DNA from: a virus
Lineage: Duplodnaviria; Heunggongvirae; Uroviricota; Caudoviricetes
Length of the DNA stretch: 34,515 nucleotides
IMG/VR virus record: IMGVR_UViG_3300028327_000833
Location: 1-34,515 of that record
Reading direction: 5' to 3' (one strand)
The notes under the pieces were generated by a model. It ran no database searches, was not told the origin of the DNA, and saw only the letters and a list, made by a program, of their open reading frames with translations. The first letter of the stretch is position 1. The number at the start of each line of letters is the position of its first letter. Positions 25,906-34,515 of this stretch are shown here, piece by piece. A program made the position numbers and the translations under genes.

Positions 25906-28900
25906 ATGTTGTTGCTTGACGAACTTGCTTACGAAGTTGTTCCCTGCGCGGGGATGGCGGCGGCTTTGCGGGCGTTCCCCGCAGGCGATTGCGCTTTCGA
26001 CTACGAAACATGGAATTCCCGCGACGGCGAACTCGCCAAAGAACCCTGGGACGAAGACACGCACCCGTTCATGTTTTCGGTATGCTCTCTCGACAACCCT
26101 GAGAACACCGTAAAGGTTTTTCTCGCCGACCGCGTAGGCCCCGCCGAGAAAGCGGCGCTGGACAAGTTTTTGTCGTCCCGCCGCGTATGGTCGTTCAACT
26201 GCAAATTTGAAGGCGGCATCACCTCCAAAATGCTCGGCAGGTTCATTTTTTTCGACGACATTCAGTGCTTTTACAAAATCGACGGGCGGTTCATTAACGG
26301 CCTGTCGCTGAAAAAGGGAACGTCGCAGCTTATGAACGTGCCGGAGTGGTCGGAAGCCACTTGGGAAACCTACGAGGCGCTTAAAGAGATCGTCGCGCGA
26401 TTGCAGGGGACTTGGGCCAAGAAACGCAAGACGGCGGATCTCTTGGCCGCGTTTCTCGACGGCGACGTCAGACGGGCGTACCGAATAATTGAAAGCAGAC
26501 TCGACGCGAAGGTCGTGATGTCGAAGAAAGACGCCGAATTCTACGACTTGCTGGTCAGGGTCAAACCGTATATGACGCCGCGACTGGTTTTAGACGCGCT
26601 GGTCGGCTCTCGGTTCGACCCCGCAAAAATAACCTTGCGGAACGTTACGCCCGAAATCGTGGAACGCTACGCCGCATACGACGCCTACGCCACGGCGTGC
26701 TGTTACGACAAACTGCATAGGGATTGCGAGGCGCAGTACGAATACTACATCAAGCAGTCGCATCTCGCGATGCTGATGGAGGCTTACGGCATGACCCGCG
26801 ACATGAAACGCGAGGCCGAGCTGGAAGAGCACTATAAAAGCCAAATTCTAAGTTACATGAAAAAGCTGCTGAAAATCAAACAGTTTTCGGACATGCTCAA
26901 AATCGACTACGCGGTTAAAGAGATCAATCCGGCGACCGGCCGTCTGAAGCAGATGCCGTATAGCAAGATCGGGCTGGACATCGAAGACGACATTAAAATA
27001 GACAGCGCGGTCGATTATACGGAGCTGAAAGAAAACTATTATAATTACGCGGCTACGCACGAAGACACCGTGAGGCTGTTTTACGACGCTCTGTTTTCGT
27101 CGGAAAAGGCGCAGTCCGCGATTATGGCGTACCATATTAAAAAAACGGCCGTCCAAGTTGAGGGTTTCACAGAGACCGTCAACGGGCAGGAGATGCACCG
27201 CGCAAGGAACATGACTTACGAAACGGACAGCGCTTTCGTAGCCGAAATTATAGCGCACATAGAGAACCGACAGGGAGAGGCTAAGGCCGCCTTAGACGCG
27301 AAAACCGGCAATAGCCGGCTTTCGTATGTAAAATCCAATTTAGACAAGCTCGGCCTTTCGGAAGACGATCCGCTTCTGCTTGAGTATAAAAAGTGGGATA
27401 AGATGCTGTTCAGTATGCAGAAAACCCTGGAAGACGCTTATGCGATGAAAGTGGCCCCTGCGGGCGAAGCTACTAAGAAAGAGGACAAAAACGCCACGAC
27501 CGAAGACGTCAGGCTGTCGCTGAGGAAGGAGAACCTGGAAATACTGTACAGCGCCCTCAGCGAATGCGCGGGCATGCAGGCGGACGTCCCGTGGGAAGAG
27601 ATGGAGTGGGAGATGCAGCTCGTGTTCTGCTGCAAACTGCTCAAGAAGTTAGACAAGGCTCTCAATTCGTACATACAGGGTAAAGTCGGGCGCGAAAGGG
27701 TGCGCCGATGTTCTTTCGGAAATAATCTGCTGGAAGTGCCCATACGGACTCTTAGCGGACAGAACCATCTATTTCAGACTTCGTTCAACGACTGTTCGGC
27801 GGATACTAAACGCTGGCGAAGCCCGATTCACGCGATCCCTCGCGGGTGCGAATTGAGCGAGATGATCGTGCCGAGGCTGATGGACTCGATTTTAGTGCAT
27901 TACGACTACTGCTGGCATAAAGATACGAGAATAAAGCTCATTAACGGGGTTACGCGGACGATTGAAGAGTTATATAATCAGAGACCGAGTGCAACAACGC
28001 ACTCCTATGATCCGTGGAGTAAGTTGTTCTGTGTAGGGACAATTAAAGAGGTAAGGAAAGTCAGAATAGAGCCGAAACTGTTAGAACTAACGCTCGATAC
28101 TGGGTTTACGCTGTGTTTAACGCCTGAGCATAATTTGTATAAAAGCGGTTACGTAAAGACACCGGCGTCTGACTTGAAGGTCGGTGATAGTCTGTTCTCA
28201 GGGTACGTTGCGTCCGACGCTAAAATCACAGCAATACGCGAAATCCCTTATTATGACTGGGTGTATACAATCGAGATTGTAGAACAGCACCATAACTATT
28301 TTGTGGCGGCTTCTGATGACACGTCCGCTGTAGTCCTATCCTCGAACTCGCAATCTGAAGTCCGCGTGATAGCCGCGTTGGCGCAAGAGCAAGAGCTGTT
28401 GAAGATGTTCAGAGACAATCCGAAGGCCGACGTTCATAGGCTGATGGCTTCCCGCGTGTGGAACAAGAAACCCGAAGAGGTCAGCGGCGAGGAACGCCGC
28501 GCGTCTAAGGGTATGGTGTTCGGCACTTTGTACGGCATGTCGCTGGAGTCTACGGCCGCAGGATACTTTGACTCCAATATCACGGTCGCGCGGGACGTCC
28601 GCGACAAATTTTTCGCGACCTACCCGAAGATCCTGCCTTGGTGCGAAGCGCAGCATAAGCAGATCGAGAAGTATAAATACGTAAACACGATATTCGGCGA
28701 TAAGATTTGGATCGAAGCCAAGAGTCGCGGCGAACTGCATCGCAGGAGCCAGAACTATCCCGTACAGTCGTCGTCTTCGTCGATCGCGGGTTACGGGATA
28801 TGGAACGTTTGGGAGCATTGCCGAAATGAAAAGATTGAGGCTATTCCGCAGTGCTTCATCCACGACTCGTCGGATTGGGACGTCAAACTTTCGCATTTAA

Positions 28901-29256
28901 TAAGATTTATTAAAGCCGTCAACAAGTGCGCCGTAGACGACTTGGCGAAACAATTCGGCATACCTATGAAGATCGACTTTGAAATCGGGGTCAATTTGAA
29001 TTTTACGATGCACGTCGAAAACCCGGAATTTGCGGACGGCGGGGTACGGTTCGAGTTTAAGTGTCCCGAAGTGTTCTACCGGCCGCTGATGGAGCGGCTG
29101 TCCTCGGCTTACGCTGTTGAAGTCGAAATCGCAAAAGAAGAAGAAGAAATCGAGTCCTGGAAGAGTCTTTTCGTCACTAAACGCCCGTATTCGATGTATA
29201 TTAACAGGCCGATAAAATTATTTTCGGGAGCTATTGCATTAACGCGGAAGTTTTAG
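25906..29256 (+). CDS. Phage family A DNA polymerase with 3'-5' exonuclease, intein-containing
   Basis: ExoI FDYET, ExoII FNCKFE, ExoIII YAAYDA; motif A HYDY|SQSEVR, motif B RRASKGMVFGTLYG, motif C FIHDS. Confidence 0.93.
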   Translation: MLLLDELAYEVVPCAGMAAALRAFPAGDCAFDYETWNSRDGELAKEPWDEDTHPFMFSVCSLDNPENTVKVFLADRVGPAEKAALDKFLSSRRVWSFNCKFEGGITSKMLGRFIFFDDIQCFYKIDGRFINGLSLKKGTSQLMNVPEWSEATWETYEALKEIVARLQGTWAKKRKTADLLAAFLDGDVRRAYRIIESRLDAKVVMSKKDAEFYDLLVRVKPYMTPRLVLDALVGSRFDPAKITLRNVTPEIVERYAAYDAYATACCYDKLHRDCEAQYEYYIKQSHLAMLMEAYGMTRDMKREAELEEHYKSQILSYMKKLLKIKQFSDMLKIDYAVKEINPATGRLKQMPYSKIGLDIEDDIKIDSAVDYTELKENYYNYAATHEDTVRLFYDALFSSEKAQSAIMAYHIKKTAVQVEGFTETVNGQEMHRARNMTYETDSAFVAEIIAHIENRQGEAKAALDAKTGNSRLSYVKSNLDKLGLSEDDPLLLEYKKWDKMLFSMQKTLEDAYAMKVAPAGEATKKEDKNATTEDVRLSLRKENLEILYSALSECAGMQADVPWEEMEWEMQLVFCCKLLKKLDKALNSYIQGKVGRERVRRCSFGNNLLEVPIRTLSGQNHLFQTSFNDCSADTKRWRSPIHAIPRGCELSEMIVPRLMDSILVHYDYCWHKDTRIKLINGVTRTIEELYNQRPSATTHSYDPWSKLFCVGTIKEVRKVRIEPKLLELTLDTGFTLCLTPEHNLYKSGYVKTPASDLKVGDSLFSGYVASDAKITAIREIPYYDWVYTIEIVEQHHNYFVAASDDTSAVVLSSNSQSEVRVIAALAQEQELLKMFRDNPKADVHRLMASRVWNKKPEEVSGEERRASKGMVFGTLYGMSLESTAAGYFDSNITVARDVRDKFFATYPKILPWCEAQHKQIEKYKYVNTIFGDKIWIEAKSRGELHRRSQNYPVQSSSSSIAGYGIWNVWEHCRNEKIEAIPQCFIHDSSDWDVKLSHLIRFIKAVNKCAVDDLAKQFGIPMKIDFEIGVNLNFTMHVENPEFADGGVRFEFKCPEVFYRPLMERLSSAYAVEVEIAKEEEEIESWKSLFVTKRPYSMYINRPIKLFSGAIALTRKF
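27910..28347 (+). mobile_element. 146-aa mini-intein in polymerase motif A
   Basis: Cys1 (CWHKDT), block B TPEH, block F VYTIEI..HNYFV, ends SSN before Ser+1; no endonuclease domain. Confidence 0.9.
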
Positions 29257-29294
29257 TAACTTTAGATAAATAACCTTTAAGAGAGGATGCGCGT

Positions 29295-29423
29295 GTGAAG
29301 CGAATCATAGGAGTGTTTGCGTTGCTGTTGGCCGGGGCGGTGATCATGGCCGTCGGGATGGCGGTTAAAAGGGCGACCGGAAAAAGGTCTTCGCAGGACG
29401 ATATTTGTTATGGAGATTACTAA
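29295..29423 (+). CDS. Small membrane peptide
   Basis: Manual translation MKRIIGVFALLLAGAVIMAVGMAVKR.. (GTG start). Confidence 0.45.
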   Translation: MKRIIGVFALLLAGAVIMAVGMAVKRATGKRSSQDDICYGDY

Positions 29424-29429
29424 ATTTGA

Positions 29430-29463
29430 GAATCCCCGCCCTTTACGGCGGGGACGGCGTTAA
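29430..29463 (+). mobile_element. Solo IS200/IS605-type right-end-like hairpin
   Basis: GAATCCCCGCCCTTTACGGCGGGGACGGCGTTAA resembles the common GAATCCCCG..CTTTA..CGGGGA..GTCAA end. Confidence 0.5.
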
Positions 29464-29538
29464 GAAACGTAGCTTCCAATTAATTTTAAATAAATTCTGT
29501 ATTTTAATCTTCTCACGCTATAAAGAGGGGATGTCATC

Positions 29539-31722
29539 GTGAACGCAAAAATTTTACCGGAACCGATTGCAGGATACCTCGCGAAGCTGAACGAGAGCTT
29601 TGCGCAAAACAAGCTGAGGAAACGTAACGGGCATACGGAAGCTTTCGACTTGACGAAAGTTTACCACGCCGTCAGTAAATGCTTCGGAAGCTCAGAGTGC
29701 GATTACGCGGCGGCTAACGCCACGTACTCTGTTTGCCACGAACTTTTGCACTTGAAAGATTACGCACCGGCTAAAGTTTTCGATCTCGAAGAAATACAGA
29801 ACGAGATTGAAGTCGTATTGATGAAGAATTATCCTGAGATCGCCAGGAAGTTTATCATCTATAGGGAACAGCGCGCAAAGGCTCGCGAAGACAAGAAAGC
29901 GTTCGACGTAAACAGCATTATCGGCGGATACATCGGTAAAGGCGACTGGCGCGTTAAGGAGAATGCTTCCGTTCCGTTTTCGATCGGCGGTTTAATTTTG
30001 CATAACAGCGGATCGATGAGTTCGCACTTCTGGCTCAGCAAGGTATACACTAAGGAGATCCGCGATGCGCATATCGGCGGGGCTGTCCACATACATGACC
30101 TCTGCATGATTGCGCCCTACTGTATGGGGTTATCTTTACGTAAGCTGATAGAGGAGGGCATTCCAGGCATCAACGGCAATCTGGCGTCAGCGCCGGCGCG
30201 GCATCTGTCTACAATTTGCCACCAAATTGTGAACTTCATCGGAATCCATCAGAACGAATCCGCCGGCGCGCAAGCCCTGAGCAGCGTAGATACCTGGTTA
30301 GCTCCGTTCGTACGTTACGACAACTTAAATTTCGACCAAGTTAAGCAATGCATACAATCCTTGGTATTTGGATTAAATACGCCGAGCCGGTGGGGCACTC
30401 AGTCTCCGTTCAGCAATTTTACGTTTGACACTAAACCGCCGAAAGATCTCAGGGACTATCCTGTAATAATCGGCGGCAAACCATGGGGTAGTTATACTTA
30501 CAAGGATTTCCAGCCCGAGATGGACTTGATAAACAAGGTCTTTATCGAAGTTATGACCGACGGCGACTACAACGGCAGGACGTTCTCCTACCCGATTCCG
30601 ACATATAATATCACTGAGGATTTTGACTGGGATTCCGACATCTCAAAAGCCTTGTTTAAACTGACGGGCAAATACGGGACTCCGTATTTTCAAAATTTTT
30701 TGAACAGCGAGTTAGACCCCAACGACGTGCGGAGTATGTGCTGTAGATTGATGTTAAATTTGAAAGACCTGCATAAGCGCGGCGGCGGTTTATTCGGTTC
30801 GTCGGATTTTACAGGTTCTTTAGGCGTTGTGACTATAAATTTACCTAGAATAGGTTACGCGGTGTATCAGGAACTGCGGGACAAGACTAATAGTCCTGAG
30901 TACGCGGATCTCGCCATTAACTCATATTTTGAAAAGCTGAAAGCGGTTATGGACATAGCGAGAGACAGCTTGGAACTGAAACGCAAAACTATCAAGCATC
31001 TGTCCGACCTGAACATGTACCCTTATATTATGCACCACATCAGGCATTGGAACAATCACTTTAACACTATAGGCATAGTCGGCATGAACGAAGCCGTCAG
31101 GAACGTTTTCCGGCATAAAGACGCGAGTATCGCCGAAGCGTCGGGTAGAGAGTTTGCGTTAAAAATTATGGATTTTATGCGGCAAACGATTATAGGTTAT
31201 CAGGAGGAGACCGGTAACTTGTACAACTTTGAGGCCACTCCTGCGGAAAGCACGTCGTATCGTTTAGCAAAAATCGATAAAAAATACATGCCCGACATCC
31301 TTACGGCGGGTACGGACGACAGTCCTTATTACACAAACTCGACCCAGCTGCCGGTAGATTTCACAGACGACATTTTTGAAGCCTTAGACCATCAGGAAGA
31401 GTTTCAGAAAAAGTACACCGGAGGCACAGTATTTCACGCTCATTTAGGAGAGTCTTTGAGAAGCGACGACGAGATTACGGCGTTAGGCAAGTTAGTAAAG
31501 TCTATAGCCTCAAACTACAAAATACCCTATTTTACAATATCGCCGACCTTCTCCATTTGCGAGGATCACGGGTATATGTCGGGCCATGTTGAGGTATGCC
31601 CTGAATGCGGAAAGACCGCTACCGTCTTCGCAAGGATAGTAGGTTATTATAGAGCGGTAAAAAATTGGAATCAGGGAAAAGTCCAGGAATTCGTAGAACG
31701 CGAGACATTCAAGGTGAATTAA
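29539..31722 (+). CDS. nrdD: Anaerobic (class III) ribonucleoside-triphosphate reductase with ATP cone
   Basis: KRNG..FDLTKV ATP cone, HIHDL, SMCCRL, ATPAESTSYR, C-terminal CEDHG..CPECG and glycyl-radical loop RIVGYY. Confidence 0.95.
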   Translation: MNAKILPEPIAGYLAKLNESFAQNKLRKRNGHTEAFDLTKVYHAVSKCFGSSECDYAAANATYSVCHELLHLKDYAPAKVFDLEEIQNEIEVVLMKNYPEIARKFIIYREQRAKAREDKKAFDVNSIIGGYIGKGDWRVKENASVPFSIGGLILHNSGSMSSHFWLSKVYTKEIRDAHIGGAVHIHDLCMIAPYCMGLSLRKLIEEGIPGINGNLASAPARHLSTICHQIVNFIGIHQNESAGAQALSSVDTWLAPFVRYDNLNFDQVKQCIQSLVFGLNTPSRWGTQSPFSNFTFDTKPPKDLRDYPVIIGGKPWGSYTYKDFQPEMDLINKVFIEVMTDGDYNGRTFSYPIPTYNITEDFDWDSDISKALFKLTGKYGTPYFQNFLNSELDPNDVRSMCCRLMLNLKDLHKRGGGLFGSSDFTGSLGVVTINLPRIGYAVYQELRDKTNSPEYADLAINSYFEKLKAVMDIARDSLELKRKTIKHLSDLNMYPYIMHHIRHWNNHFNTIGIVGMNEAVRNVFRHKDASIAEASGREFALKIMDFMRQTIIGYQEETGNLYNFEATPAESTSYRLAKIDKKYMPDILTAGTDDSPYYTNSTQLPVDFTDDIFEALDHQEEFQKKYTGGTVFHAHLGESLRSDDEITALGKLVKSIASNYKIPYFTISPTFSICEDHGYMSGHVEVCPECGKTATVFARIVGYYRAVKNWNQGKVQEFVERETFKVN

Positions 31723-31724
31723 AA

Positions 31725-32684
31725 ATGGCCCCACGTGTTCCCAAAACCCTCGCCTTCCTTGAAGACGCCGGCGAGCTGCGCAAAGCCTTCGACACCGCCG
31801 AAGGCGCGGCCTACTACTGTCCTTTTTGCTACGAAAAAGAGAAGAAGTATAACGTCCCGTGGCCGAAGCCGGATACGACGGGCAAACTTTTCATAAACGT
31901 CTCTAAAAACAAGGGGTATTGCTTTAGGTGCAACACAGCCGTAGTCAGTCACGCCGATTATGACAATCTGAAGTCATACATAACCGACTTTCTGAACGAC
32001 GGCGAGGAGCGGGTAGACTTGCAGAATCTCCCGGTAGTCGATTTAAGCGGCGTCCCGCCGGCGTCCAGATTTCAGGAAGCGATAGACTACTTAAAGTCCC
32101 GAAACGCTTTTTTCGACGAACAAAACGCCGACCGCTTAGATTTGCGCTGGGTCGATTCATACAGGACGGTGAATCACTGCATAGACGGCGTCGTAAAACT
32201 GCGCCGTAAAGGCATTATGGTGCCTCTGAAGTACAGGGGCCGGATCCGTTCCTACCAAATCCGCTATATCACGGATTCCAAGAAGTTCAGGTTTCACACG
32301 ATGGAGGGTAAGAGGCTGCTGACGGGCATTTCCGACATTCCCCCGTACTCGCCGATAACCCTGTGCGAAGGATTTTACGACGCCGTCGCGCTCAACTGCA
32401 TGGGCTTCCCGAACCCTGTGGCGATGCTCGGCAAGTCGCCGTCCGCGCTCCAAATCGCCCAACTGCAGGAGATTACGCCGTATCACGTAAACCTATGTCT
32501 TGACGAGCCTGCGCTGAATTACGGGCTTCTGCGCGGATTGCGGCGCAGACTGAAAACTATGGAATCCTACAAATCGTGGAGATTCAAAAATGCGAAGGAT
32601 CCGGAAGATTTTTTGAAAGCCAATCCCGATTATAGGTATAATTTGGATAACGTTAAACTTGTGGCGAAGGATTTAACGGCATGA
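31725..32684 (+). CDS. DNA primase (Zn finger plus TOPRIM)
   Basis: YCPFC..YCFRC; TLCEGFYDAVAL, LCLDE, KDPED. Confidence 0.85.
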   Translation: MAPRVPKTLAFLEDAGELRKAFDTAEGAAYYCPFCYEKEKKYNVPWPKPDTTGKLFINVSKNKGYCFRCNTAVVSHADYDNLKSYITDFLNDGEERVDLQNLPVVDLSGVPPASRFQEAIDYLKSRNAFFDEQNADRLDLRWVDSYRTVNHCIDGVVKLRRKGIMVPLKYRGRIRSYQIRYITDSKKFRFHTMEGKRLLTGISDIPPYSPITLCEGFYDAVALNCMGFPNPVAMLGKSPSALQIAQLQEITPYHVNLCLDEPALNYGLLRGLRRRLKTMESYKSWRFKNAKDPEDFLKANPDYRYNLDNVKLVAKDLTA

Positions 32685-32878
32685 CTGTCGCTTGCGAGAT
32701 TTTAGGCGCGCTGAACATCGCGCTCGTTACGCTCTTGCCGATAGGCTTGTTTTTAGCGGCGCGTCGCCAAGATCGCCGAGAAAAGAGATATTGGCGAGAT
32801 TATGCGGCTATGCGTGTTGCGGAATATGGGGCGTTTCTTAATGACGACGCGGTCAATTTTCTTAGGAGGCTGAAATGA
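32681..32878 (+). CDS. Small membrane protein
   Basis: Hydrophobic N-terminus; ATGA overlap. Confidence 0.6.
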   Translation: MTVACEILGALNIALVTLLPIGLFLAARRQDRREKRYWRDYAAMRVAEYGAFLNDDAVNFLRRLK

Positions 32879-33180
32879 CTGCGGGACTCTCGGCACGCAG
32901 CTGGAACCGCCGAATCGCTGTCGCGCGCAAGAACAAAAAAGAGGCGGACGCGATGTCGGCGGTTAAACCCGACGATTTCGCGGCGCAGCTTAATTCAAAG
33001 GCGGCGGCTAATCGGGTACTGATGCTTCAGGAGCGCGGAAAAGCCGCGATAGCGGATAAAAACACCTCTATGAAACCTGCGGTTAAGGCGCGGAATAGGT
33101 TTGACCGCGCTCTCGATAGGGCGGTTTTAAGCGCGGGAGGAATCCTCCGAGTCTGCAACTTAGACCTGCTATGGACTTGA
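32875..33180 (+). CDS. Hypothetical basic protein
   Basis: AGGAGG RBS, ATGA overlap. Confidence 0.65.
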   Translation: MTAGLSARSWNRRIAVARKNKKEADAMSAVKPDDFAAQLNSKAAANRVLMLQERGKAAIADKNTSMKPAVKARNRFDRALDRAVLSAGGILRVCNLDLLWT

Positions 33181-33183
33181 TTT

Positions 33184-33375
33184 ATGGACGATCTCGACTT
33201 CATGGACATGGATTGCGACGAAATCGACCGCCTCTTCCTCCCGCCCGGCGCATATAGGATTCCGCTTATCGCTCCCGTTTCCGACGCCGTCCCGCCGTCT
33301 TCAAGCAACCCGTTTTTAGGCCGCGTCGACAGCTTGTGCAACCTGCTTAAAAAGGCTCCGTTCGTATATAGGTAA
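33184..33375 (+). CDS. Hypothetical protein
   Basis: 63 aa, packed operon. Confidence 0.5.
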   Translation: MDDLDFMDMDCDEIDRLFLPPGAYRIPLIAPVSDAVPPSSSNPFLGRVDSLCNLLKKAPFVYR

Positions 33376-33395
33376 ATCCCGCGCCTTCGCGCGAA

Positions 33396-33647
33396 TCACT
33401 CCCCTGCCCACTCGATGCATCCGTCGGCGACGATTTCAAGTTCTTCGCAGTATTCCAGCGCGTTGACGTGATTGAGCATGGGATTGTCCTCGATTGGGCG
33501 TTTCTCAGGCTTTTTGGCGCGGCACGGGACGGCGATGAAGACGTCGCGGTATTCCACGCGGACGGTTTCTTTAGTAACGACTTTCGTACAGCTAGCGAGA
33601 CATAAAACGGCGAGTGACGCCGTCAAGATACCGCATCTGATCCTCAC
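33396..33647 (-). CDS. Putative o-spanin (Rz1-like lipoprotein)
   Basis: GTG after AGGAGG, signal peptide with lipobox LASC, Pro-containing ectodomain; overlaps the i-spanin 3' end. Confidence 0.7.
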   Translation of the reverse strand: MRIRCGILTASLAVLCLASCTKVVTKETVRVEYRDVFIAVPCRAKKPEKRPIEDNPMLNHVNALEYCEELEIVADGCIEWAGE

Positions 33648-33963
33648 AGGAAGCCTCCTTCTCAATCATTATTTTTACGGTGTCGCGTATATAGGCGTAT
33701 TTCGTGACGGTCTGACTCACCTGTTTCTCGATCAGAACGGTATCGACCGCCCTCCGCGCCAACGCCGCGTTCTGGCGCGCGACGGCGGTCGAGCAGGCCG
33801 TTTCGTTCGAGCGGGACAGGTTCAGTTCGGAGTCGAGTTTAGCCGTTGCCGCCACGAATTCGGCGAGTTCGGCCTTATGCTGGCGGTTTGACGCCCAAAA
33901 CAACGCTGACACGGCAATCAGGGCGGCAGCGAGCGCGACTATGACGGCGTGCGACAGTTTCAT
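33592..33963 (-). CDS. Putative i-spanin (Rz-like)
   Basis: N-terminal TM helix then coiled coil with QN motif and two Cys. Confidence 0.7.
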   Translation of the reverse strand: MKLSHAVIVALAAALIAVSALFWASNRQHKAELAEFVAATAKLDSELNLSRSNETACSTAVARQNAALARRAVDTVLIEKQVSQTVTKYAYIRDTVKIMIEKEASCEDQMRYLDGVTRRFMSR

Positions 33964-34511
33964 TTCGAGTCCCCCTGCGCTTCGTCCAGCGCCTTGATCT
34001 CTTCAGGCGTCATTCCTTTGGCAAGCAAACCGTCATAATAACTTCGCGGTTTTGCGTCAGGCGGTATTCCAAGATATTCGTCCCACTTGTTATTCTTTAT
34101 TATATCATCTACTGCTTCGGTAATGCTAAACTCCGCGCCGCCGCGAACTTCTTCTTTCTCAAGCGCGGCATCTTTCGCTTTACGGCTTTCAGGGGTGATT
34201 CCGAGCATCCTGTCTATCCAACCGGGTTTGCGCCATATTTTGTTAAAGCGTATATGAAACTCCCGCCATCGGATGTCGGCGGCTCTGCGGCGCATTTCGT
34301 AAGGCTTGTCCGCTTTGGATGCCTCCACGACGCACAGCCATCGGGATCCCGGAAGCTCCGCGCCGTCATCCGGGTCATATTCAAACATTTCATGGGGAAG
34401 ACCGTCAGTACGGTCGCCCATAGCCGTCGCCATTATCCGGTCAAAGTTTTCGTTCTCCTCAGCGGTAAGCGGCGAGAGCGGATTAGCCGCCAATTCCTTG
34501 AAAGTGCGCAT
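33960..34511 (-). CDS. Hypothetical protein
   Basis: 183-aa ORF overlapping the i-spanin start. Confidence 0.65.
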   Translation of the reverse strand: MRTFKELAANPLSPLTAEENENFDRIMATAMGDRTDGLPHEMFEYDPDDGAELPGSRWLCVVEASKADKPYEMRRRAADIRWREFHIRFNKIWRKPGWIDRMLGITPESRKAKDAALEKEEVRGGAEFSITEAVDDIIKNNKWDEYLGIPPDAKPRSYYDGLLAKGMTPEEIKALDEAQGDSK

Positions 34512-34515
34512 ATAG

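Noticed and set aside
1-34515. Stop-codon reassignment (TAG or TGA readthrough)
   Set aside because: Long conserved genes are intact in code 11, and TAG, TGA and TAA all end genes next to downstream starts.
1-34515. tRNA/rRNA genes, reverse transcriptase/DGR, integrase, structural genes
   Set aside because: No cloverleaf, RT motifs, recombinase or capsid/tail signatures recognised by eye; a tRNAscan or HMM run would be needed to exclude them formally.

Overview
Segment of a large dsDNA phage (or prophage) genome; no virion structural genes are recognisable. Left end (minus strand): a partial groES, a RepL-like gene and an AntA/KilAC antirepressor. These diverge across a ~2 kb repeat-rich non-coding hub (2374-4407) from a plus-strand run of small accessory genes (two YopX, several tandem-HTH proteins) interrupted by a tnpB-only IS. 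Next comes a replication/recombination block: SSB-like protein, degenerate 5'-3' exonuclease, orphan beta-class MTase, single-chain Mre11-Rad50 fusion, frameshifted glycosyltransferase, second GroES, DUF1599-like protein, family A DNA polymerase with a mini-intein, class III RNR (NrdD) and TOPRIM primase. A convergent spanin pair ends the window. NrdD plus spanins suggest an anaerobic diderm host (inference). The most striking signals unexplained by the genes are (i) three copies of a fixed-geometry element whose 8-bp hairpin stems differ in sequence but stay perfectly paired around an invariant TTGC/GCAA loop, and (ii) two dispersed promoter-like motifs, GCGTACTGTAGTAG (x5) and TCCGGGGTGAC-N5-TATATT (x3). 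All family calls come from motif recognition by eye; no database search was run.
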